Assembly (NCBI GenBank): GCA_038225185.1
Contig: JBBRFA010000004.1
Span: forward strand, 1-59,407
Direction of reading: 5' to 3'
Source of the DNA: Chthoniobacterales bacterium
GTDB lineage: Bacteria; Verrucomicrobiota; Verrucomicrobiia; Chthoniobacterales; DASVRZ01
DNA: 59,407 nt
Below the pieces are notes generated by a model, which made no database searches, was not told the origin of the DNA, and was given only the letters and a program-made list of their open reading frames with translations. Numbering within the stretch: position 1 is the stretch's first letter; every line of letters begins with the position of its first letter. Made by a program: the position numbers and the translations under genes. Below are positions 53,462 through 59,407 of this stretch, in pieces.

Positions 53462-54541
53462 CTAGCTGTTCAACCCCGCCTCGGCAAGCCGGTCTTCCAT
53501 GTCGCGGGCCTGGAGAGCTTCGATCATTTCCCGGATCTGACCTTGGACAAAGGTGTCGAGATTGTAAAGCGTAAGGCCGATGCGATGATCGGTGACCCGG
53601 TTTTGCGGAAAATTGTAAGTGCGAATTTTTTCCTCGCGTCCACCGGTCCCGATCTGGCTTTTGCGATGCGCGGCGTATTTGGCTTCCTCCTCCTGTTTTT
53701 TATCTTCCAACAGGCGGGAACGAAGAATCATGAGCGCTTTTTCCTTGTTTTTCTGCTGGCTGCGTCCGTCCTGGCAGCGAACGATGCGTCCGGTCGGGAT
53801 ATACATCACTTGCACGGCAGAATCGGTGGTATTAACCCCCTGCCCGCCCGGGCCGCCCGCGCGGCAGACTTCGATGCGGACATCTTCGGGGCGAAGCTCG
53901 AAATCGACTTCCTCGGCCTCGGGCAGCACGGCGACGGTGGCGGCAGAGGTATGGATGCGCCCCTGGGCCTCGGTGGCAGGAACGCGTTGCACACGGTGAA
54001 CGCCGCTTTCGTAACGTAAATCGCGAAAAACGCCGGTGCCGGAAACTTTAAAAATGACTTCTTTTAATCCGCCGAGTTCGGAGGAACTGCTTTCCATTTC
54101 CTCGATTTTAAAGCCGCGCGGTTCAGCGAAACGACAATACATGCGGTAAAGATCGGCGGCAAAAAGTGCCGCTTCGGAGCCGCCGGTGCCGGCACGAATC
54201 TCGACAATGGCGTCGCGATTTTCGTTTTCGTCGGGTGGCAGGAGAGAAAACTGGACGGTTTTTTTGAGTGCGGCGATGCGAATTTCGAGATCGGGAATCT
54301 CGGCGGCAGCCATCTCGCCCATTTCAGCATCCTCACCTTTGGCAAGGAGAGTGTTTTCTTCGAGTTCGCGCTGGTATTTATTGATGTCGTCCCAGGCTTC
54401 GAGGAGCTTTTTGATCTGGGTGTGCTCGGTCATCACGGAACGGGCGCGCTTCGGGTTTTCAAAAAGATTGGACGAGCCGATTTCCGCTTCGAGTTCGACG
54501 AAACGGCTGCGGCGCTTTTCGATGAGAGGCAGAAAATCCAT
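53462..54541 (-). CDS. prfA: peptide chain release factor 1
   Basis: ATG at 54541 (MDFLPLIEKRR...). It has the PAT tripeptide (RVPATE), which indicates RF1, and the GGQ motif (GPGGQGVNTT). Confidence 0.93.
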   Translation of the reverse strand: MDFLPLIEKRRSRFVELEAEIGSSNLFENPKRARSVMTEHTQIKKLLEAWDDINKYQRELEENTLLAKGEDAEMGEMAAAEIPDLEIRIAALKKTVQFSLLPPDENENRDAIVEIRAGTGGSEAALFAADLYRMYCRFAEPRGFKIEEMESSSSELGGLKEVIFKVSGTGVFRDLRYESGVHRVQRVPATEAQGRIHTSAATVAVLPEAEEVDFELRPEDVRIEVCRAGGPGGQGVNTTDSAVQVMYIPTGRIVRCQDGRSQQKNKEKALMILRSRLLEDKKQEEEAKYAAHRKSQIGTGGREEKIRTYNFPQNRVTDHRIGLTLYNLDTFVQGQIREMIEALQARDMEDRLAEAGLNS

Positions 54542-54621
54542 AAAATGTGAGGTGGGCAAAAAAACAGAAACGGTGAAAGCGCAGATGCGCGATCACCGTT
54601 TCAAAGACTGGTAAAATAAAG

Positions 54622-54849
54622 CTAGGCTTTGGCCGCGGCACGAGTGCCTTTTTGCGAGCCGTAGCGTCGGGCAAATTTCTCGATGCGCCCGGCGGTATCG
54701 ACGAATTTTTGTTCGCCGGTAAAGAAGGGATGGCAGGCGGCGCAGATACCAATGCGGATGTCGCGCTTGGTGGAGCGGGTATGATAAACGGCTCCGCAGG
54801 CACAGGAGATCGTCGTTTCGATGTAGTTGGGATGAAGATCAGCTTTCAT
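54622..54849 (-). CDS. rpmE: 50S ribosomal protein L31 (Zn-ribbon type)
   Basis: Internal ATG at 54849: [45 protein letters not shown]. Confidence 0.93.
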   Translation of the reverse strand: MKADLHPNYIETTISCACGAVYHTRSTKRDIRIGICAACHPFFTGEQKFVDTAGRIEKFARRYGSQKGTRAAAKA

Positions 54850-54976
54850 AAAAAAAGGGACCGCAAGAATATCACCGATAAAGTGTCCCGCAAGCGATGA
54901 ATTTAGGTTTTTCCGGTTGGACCCGCAATTTCCAGGCTCGTCAAGGTGCGCCGCCTCCTGACAAAGTGCTTTCCGG

Positions 54977-57007
54977 ATGGCGCTGATACATCTTTTACTG
55001 ACGATCTCGTTGCTTTGGCTGAATCTTCTCGGTTTGGGTCTTCTCTTGCGTCCCACGGTCGGCTCGATGGCTGTGGCTCGAGTGGCGGGCGTGCTGGCCT
55101 TGATCTTGAGCTTCTTTTTTGTGGAGCATTTCGTCGGTCTGGGAGGTCGTCTTTGGCTCCTGCCCGTGAGCACGGCAATCTCGGTCTGGTTGATCCACCG
55201 CCGACGAGCGGCGGTGCGGGAGTGGGGCGCGGCGGAAGGCTGGTTTGCCCTGGGGTTTTTTTACTGTCTGCTCTGGCGGTTTACGTTCCCAAATATCGAT
55301 AACTTCGGCGAGCGCATGCCCAATTTAATGCTGATCGAAAGCTACCTCACAGGTGGTCGCCTCCCTCCGATGGATCGCTGGCTGCCGCCTTTCGAGGTAA
55401 ATTTTTATTACAGCCTGCAACATTACGGCGCAGCATTGCTGGGTCGCTGGCTGGGAACTTCGCCTGGAATGACTTATCATCTCGCTTACTGCACGGTGGC
55501 CGGCCTGCTGGCGGTGTGCCTCGGTGGTATGGCGCATAATCTGGGTCTTGATAAAAAAATGCGCGGGCTGATTTTTCTGGTTTTGTTCTGCGGTGGCAGT
55601 GGTGCTGCTCTCGTGGCCTGGGGAATAGGTGAAGGGCTGCCGAATGTGCATGATTGTGTGCGGTTTCTGGGTGGTAAATTAACGCACGAAAATCTGAACG
55701 CGGTGGGTAAAACGCTGGCGGGATGGACCGCCACTCCTGGGGTAACACCTCGGGATGTGCCTTTGGAGCCATTAAGTTATCTGCTGATGAATGGCGATTA
55801 CCATGCGCCATTGGGAGGACATCTTCTGCAATTTTTTGCCCTGCTTTTGATGAGTCAAACAATGTCGGGAGCGGCGGCAACCACTCGTCGAAGGGAAATA
55901 GGCTGGCTGGGAGCCACGGTGCCGTTGGTGTTGGTGAGCAATGCGTGGGTGTTCCCTTTGCATGGCATCCTGGTCGTGGGTTGGTTGGCATATCGTTCTT
56001 TGGAAAAGGAGCGCGGTGTCTGGCCATCTGCCGCGGTCGGAGTTAGTGTGGCGGGAGTGCTTTTGTATCCGTTTTTGAGTTATTTTACTCAGCAAACTAC
56101 CAGTGCCTATGTGGCGATCCAGTCCACTTTGACGGAGGATCGCACCCCGCTCCTAGCCTGGATGCTGGTATTTTGGCCGGCAGTGCTGTTGATCCTGCTT
56201 GGCTGGTGGAATCGGGAACGGCGTTCACTCGTGCTTTTTTGGGGGGCATTGTGGATTTTGTTGCTGGGGTTGACCGAATTTTTTTATAACAACGATCTCT
56301 ATGGCGGGAGCTATAACCGGTTTAACACCTCCTTAAAATGGTGGGGCTGGGTGTTTACCGGGGCGATTTTTTCCCTGGGAACGGTCAACCTCGCCTCGAA
56401 AAATCGTTTTTGTAAGTGGGGCACAGCATTGGTCTTGTTGGGAACTTGCGCGTTTGCCCTGCCACTGGGGCATCAGTTTTTAGTTGCAGAGAAAATCGGG
56501 GTCGGCAAACTCACTGGCAGCGCGTGGCTGGAAGGCGATCCTGTGATCAAAGACGTGATGACCGCTTTGGAGGCGAGACCGGATGGCCTGGCTCTGCAAA
56601 GTGGTTTGGTAATGGCCAACTCGCAATCGCCCGGCGTGGTTCTCTTTGGCCGAAAAAAAAGCTACCTCGGCTGGCCTTGGCACGAAACGACCTGGAGAGG
56701 CGACATTCCCGAAATCCAAAGTCGATTACGGCAAATCAACGCTTTTTACTCGGGCAAAATGGAGCAGCCGCTCGCGTGGTTGCTCGAAAACGACATTCGC
56801 TACATCACTTGGCTGATCAACGATAATGTGGAGGAAAACTCCCGTTTTGCCCCCATACATGCCCAGATTAAAAGTGGTTACGCCTGGCATCATTTTTACG
56901 GTGACACCCCCCAACTTGCCATCGGCTTCTGGGAGCGAATCGAGACTTCGCCCGTTTTCCCCCATCAAGCCCATCGAACCGTGGAACAACCTCAATATGA
57001 CAATTGA
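54977..57007 (+). CDS. DUF2298-like (YYY-motif) polytopic membrane protein
   Basis: 676 aa with many TM spans. The segment [28 protein letters not shown] resembles the DUF2298 aromatic-loop signature. Confidence 0.65.
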   Translation: MALIHLLLTISLLWLNLLGLGLLLRPTVGSMAVARVAGVLALILSFFFVEHFVGLGGRLWLLPVSTAISVWLIHRRRAAVREWGAAEGWFALGFFYCLLWRFTFPNIDNFGERMPNLMLIESYLTGGRLPPMDRWLPPFEVNFYYSLQHYGAALLGRWLGTSPGMTYHLAYCTVAGLLAVCLGGMAHNLGLDKKMRGLIFLVLFCGGSGAALVAWGIGEGLPNVHDCVRFLGGKLTHENLNAVGKTLAGWTATPGVTPRDVPLEPLSYLLMNGDYHAPLGGHLLQFFALLLMSQTMSGAAATTRRREIGWLGATVPLVLVSNAWVFPLHGILVVGWLAYRSLEKERGVWPSAAVGVSVAGVLLYPFLSYFTQQTTSAYVAIQSTLTEDRTPLLAWMLVFWPAVLLILLGWWNRERRSLVLFWGALWILLLGLTEFFYNNDLYGGSYNRFNTSLKWWGWVFTGAIFSLGTVNLASKNRFCKWGTALVLLGTCAFALPLGHQFLVAEKIGVGKLTGSAWLEGDPVIKDVMTALEARPDGLALQSGLVMANSQSPGVVLFGRKKSYLGWPWHETTWRGDIPEIQSRLRQINAFYSGKMEQPLAWLLENDIRYITWLINDNVEENSRFAPIHAQIKSGYAWHHFYGDTPQLAIGFWERIETSPVFPHQAHRTVEQPQYDN

Positions 57008-57249
57008 CGGGGAAGGATTTTATGAGCTAAACTGAGCGACTATGATCATTTTAATCATGCAAAAAGTGCAGACGTTTACAAATCAAATCAGGTGTAATCT
57101 TTTATTGCTGAGCCAGCGGGGAGTCCGCCAGATTGCCAGGGGACGACTTCAGTCCCTCGTTTCTTCTGCGACTTTCAATACCTAAAATCGCTTTCTAACG
57201 AACGCATTCGGTGGTTGACGTAACACATGCCAAATTCCAATATTCACTG

Positions 57250-58275
57250 ATGCAAAAAATCGCGTTGCTTGGTTTTGGTTTCATGGGGGCGATGCACGCA
57301 GACGTTTATCGTTTGCTTCCCAATGCTCAAGTGGTGGCGGTGGTGGATCCGCGTGGCGAGGCCGCACAGAAAGCTTTGCAAGATGCCAGGCTTGAGGGGG
57401 TGCAGATTTTTACCGATTGGCCCACAGCTCTCGCGGAGGGGGATTTTTCAATCGTGGATATCTGCCTGCCCACCGACCTGCATAGAGAAACAGCGTTGGA
57501 GGCTTTTACCAACGGGAAACATGTTTTTTGTGAGAAGCCGATTGCTCTCAACCTAGCCGATGCAGCGGCCATGACCAAGTCCGCTCTTCATCATGACCGC
57601 CAGTTTATGGTGGGCCATTGCATCCGATTTTGGCCGGAGTATCAGGAACTGCAACGAATCGTTAATTCGGGCGAGCATGGGCGATTGCTATCGTTGTCGC
57701 TTGTCCGCCGCACCGGCCGGCCTGCTTACAGCGTGGGAGGTTGGGTAAATATGGCAGATCGCTGCCTGGGAGCTGCGCTGGACCTTCACATCCACGATAC
57801 AGATTTTCTTCTGCACCTTCTGGGATCTCCGGAAGCGGTTTTTTCGCAAGGACTCCTTGATGAAACTGGCTGGAGCAGCATCACCACCCAGTATGTTTAC
57901 CACGATCAGATCGTCACCGCTGAAGGCGCTTGGAACTATCCAGCAAATTGGGGATTTCTGATGCGATTCAACGCCGTCTTCGAGAGTGCGGTGCTGGATT
58001 TTGACTCCCGGGCCACTCCGACACTCATGCTTACTACGGGTAAAGAAAGTCCACACGCCGTTTCCGCGCCCCGACAAACAGATGTTTCTTCCGCAGATGC
58101 GGAGAAAATCATCTCACTCGGTGGTTATTACCACGAACTCGATTATTTTATAAACTGCCTCGAACGCGGTGAGCCGATTGGCATCAGCACCGGCAAACAG
58201 GCAAGCGAATCGCTGAACTTGGTGCTAACGGAAATCGAATCGGCCCGTTTGCGAAAACTCATTACTCTTGGTTAA
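57250..58275 (+). CDS. Gfo/Idh/MocA-family NAD(P)-dependent oxidoreductase
   Basis: Internal ATG at 57250: MQKIALLGFGFMGAMHA (Rossmann fold) and GKHVFCEKP. Confidence 0.85.
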   Translation: MQKIALLGFGFMGAMHADVYRLLPNAQVVAVVDPRGEAAQKALQDARLEGVQIFTDWPTALAEGDFSIVDICLPTDLHRETALEAFTNGKHVFCEKPIALNLADAAAMTKSALHHDRQFMVGHCIRFWPEYQELQRIVNSGEHGRLLSLSLVRRTGRPAYSVGGWVNMADRCLGAALDLHIHDTDFLLHLLGSPEAVFSQGLLDETGWSSITTQYVYHDQIVTAEGAWNYPANWGFLMRFNAVFESAVLDFDSRATPTLMLTTGKESPHAVSAPRQTDVSSADAEKIISLGGYYHELDYFINCLERGEPIGISTGKQASESLNLVLTEIESARLRKLITLG

Positions 58276-58282
58276 GAACATT

Positions 58283-59314
58283 ATGCAAAAAATCGCCATT
58301 ATCGGATTGGGTTTTATGGGCACCATGCACGCCCAAATTTACGCTAAACTTCGCGACGCAAAGCTGGTCGCAGTCGTGGATAAACAAAAGGCTGCGGCCA
58401 AAAATAATCTTGCCAGCCTGGGAATGGAGGCCGCCGTTTTTGGGACGCTGGAAGAAATGCTTCTGGCCACCGATGTCAGTGTGGTGGATATCTGCCTTCC
58501 AACTGACCTGCACGCCACTTTTGCACTGAAGGCCATTGCCGCCGGCAAACATGTCTTCTGTGAAAAGCCGCTTACACTTTCCAAGAGCGACGCCAGGAAG
58601 ATCGTTACCGCCGCAAAAAAGGCCGGGGTGTTTTTCCAAGTCGGACAATGTATCCGTTTCTGGCCCGAATACCAGGCCTTGGAGGCGTTTGTAAAGTCCC
58701 GCAAAGGAGGTAAATTACTAAGTCTCTCTTTGCAACGACGCGCTGGACGTCCCGCCTACAGCGTGGATGACTGGTTGAACAAGGGCAATCGTTCCGGCGG
58801 CGCGGCACTGGATCTCCACATTCACGACACGGATTTTGTGCATCACCTGCTAGGTTGTCCAGAAGCGGTGACTTCTGCGGGGACTCAGGATAAAACCGGA
58901 TGGAGCCATATTTTCACCACCTATCATTTTAAAAATCTGGCCGTGACAGCCGAGGGCGGCTGGAATTATCCGGCGAACTGGGGATTTCAGATGGAGTTCC
59001 AGGCGATTTTTGAGCGGGGCGCGATTGAGTATGATAGTGGCGCGAATCCAACACTGATGGTGACGCTCGGCGATGGCGAAAAACAGCCGCTGACTTACAC
59101 GAACCCGGGCGCCGGGGAATCCTCCACCGGCGCGGGCAACCTATCCTCTTTGGGCGGCTATTATAACGAACTGGAGGCATTCATTTCCTGCCTGCAACGC
59201 AAGCGCGCTCCAAAAATTGCCACGGTCGCCCAGGCAGCCGACTCACTGGCAACCGTCCTGGCAGAAATTAAATCCGCCTCCCTCGGAAGAACTGTTAGGA
59301 TCCCAAAACGTTAA
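58283..59314 (+). CDS. Gfo/Idh/MocA-family NAD(P)-dependent oxidoreductase (tandem paralog)
   Basis: Internal ATG at 58283: MQKIAIIGLGFMGTMHA and GKHVFCEKP. It shares long identical stretches with the upstream gene (VDICLPTDLH, IRFWPEYQ, GRPAYSV, GAALDLHIHDTDF, YPANWGF). Confidence 0.85.
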   Translation: MQKIAIIGLGFMGTMHAQIYAKLRDAKLVAVVDKQKAAAKNNLASLGMEAAVFGTLEEMLLATDVSVVDICLPTDLHATFALKAIAAGKHVFCEKPLTLSKSDARKIVTAAKKAGVFFQVGQCIRFWPEYQALEAFVKSRKGGKLLSLSLQRRAGRPAYSVDDWLNKGNRSGGAALDLHIHDTDFVHHLLGCPEAVTSAGTQDKTGWSHIFTTYHFKNLAVTAEGGWNYPANWGFQMEFQAIFERGAIEYDSGANPTLMVTLGDGEKQPLTYTNPGAGESSTGAGNLSSLGGYYNELEAFISCLQRKRAPKIATVAQAADSLATVLAEIKSASLGRTVRIPKR

Positions 59315-59327
59315 CCCAAATCATCTT

Positions 59328-59407
59328 ATGAAAAAATCCGTCGGCATCTGTTGTTTTTATGGAAACTGGAACATTGAAGAAAAATTTATCCTCGCCAAAG
59401 AGGCGGG
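59328..59407 (+). CDS. 5' end of an ORF running off the window, unknown function
   Basis: ATG at 59328 gives MKKSVGICCFYGNWNIEEKFILAKEA.... It is too short to assign. Confidence 0.3.
   Translation, partial: MKKSVGICCFYGNWNIEEKFILAKEA

Noticed and set aside
53462-54559. Checked the release-factor gene for the programmed +1 frameshift known from prfB.
   Set aside because: The protein has the RF1-specific PAT tripeptide and a single uninterrupted frame. The TTG-start extension in the track is replaced by the ATG at 54541.

Overview
The window reads as a chromosomal segment from a moderately GC-rich Gram-negative bacterium. The many GT-C-like membrane proteins, Gfo/Idh/MocA genes and the long GyrB give a Verrucomicrobiota/PVC impression, but I did not test this. 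The ORF track prints M for GTG and TTG starts (for example 5303 GTG, 29467 GTG, 23038 TTG, 54559 TTG), so I re-placed several starts by hand at internal ATGs. The backbone is housekeeping: dxs (hand-translated, runs off the left edge) and xseB, an NtrB/NtrC-type two-component pair, a vapBC-like module, gyrB-gyrA, acpP, tRNA-Thr(CGU), mutL, erpA, gmd, rph, thrB, lpxK, comEC, lipB, ruvC, two GT4 glycosyltransferases, metH, blc, hflKC, an ABC ATPase, prfA, rpmE, and tandem Gfo/Idh/MocA oxidoreductases. Three things stand out. (1) metH is unusual. It is split into two ATGA-overlapping ORFs. The second ORF carries an in-frame insertion of about 355 codons, with a zeta-toxin-like P-loop (GGQGSGKT) domain, in the short linker just before the cobalamin-binding GDVHDIGKN motif. 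(2) A block of about 8.6 kb lies between tRNA-Thr and mutL, all on the minus strand. It encodes signal-peptide proteins: a TPR protein, a helical protein, and a 637-aa protein whose C-terminus has a candidate Cys-His-Asp transglutaminase/papain-like arrangement. These are followed by small AT-rich signal-peptide genes, a collapsed paralog of the 637-aa gene, an IS5/IS1182-type transposase remnant and a HEAT-repeat protein. The block is headed by a 12 x 7-nt tandem repeat that sets the frame relationship between an upstream ATG and the first ORF. (3) An AT-rich islet of about 1.2 kb downstream of prfA holds an orphan Rhs core-end plus C-terminal tip and a small helical immunity-like gene. I saw no CRISPR array, rRNA or intact transposase or integrase.
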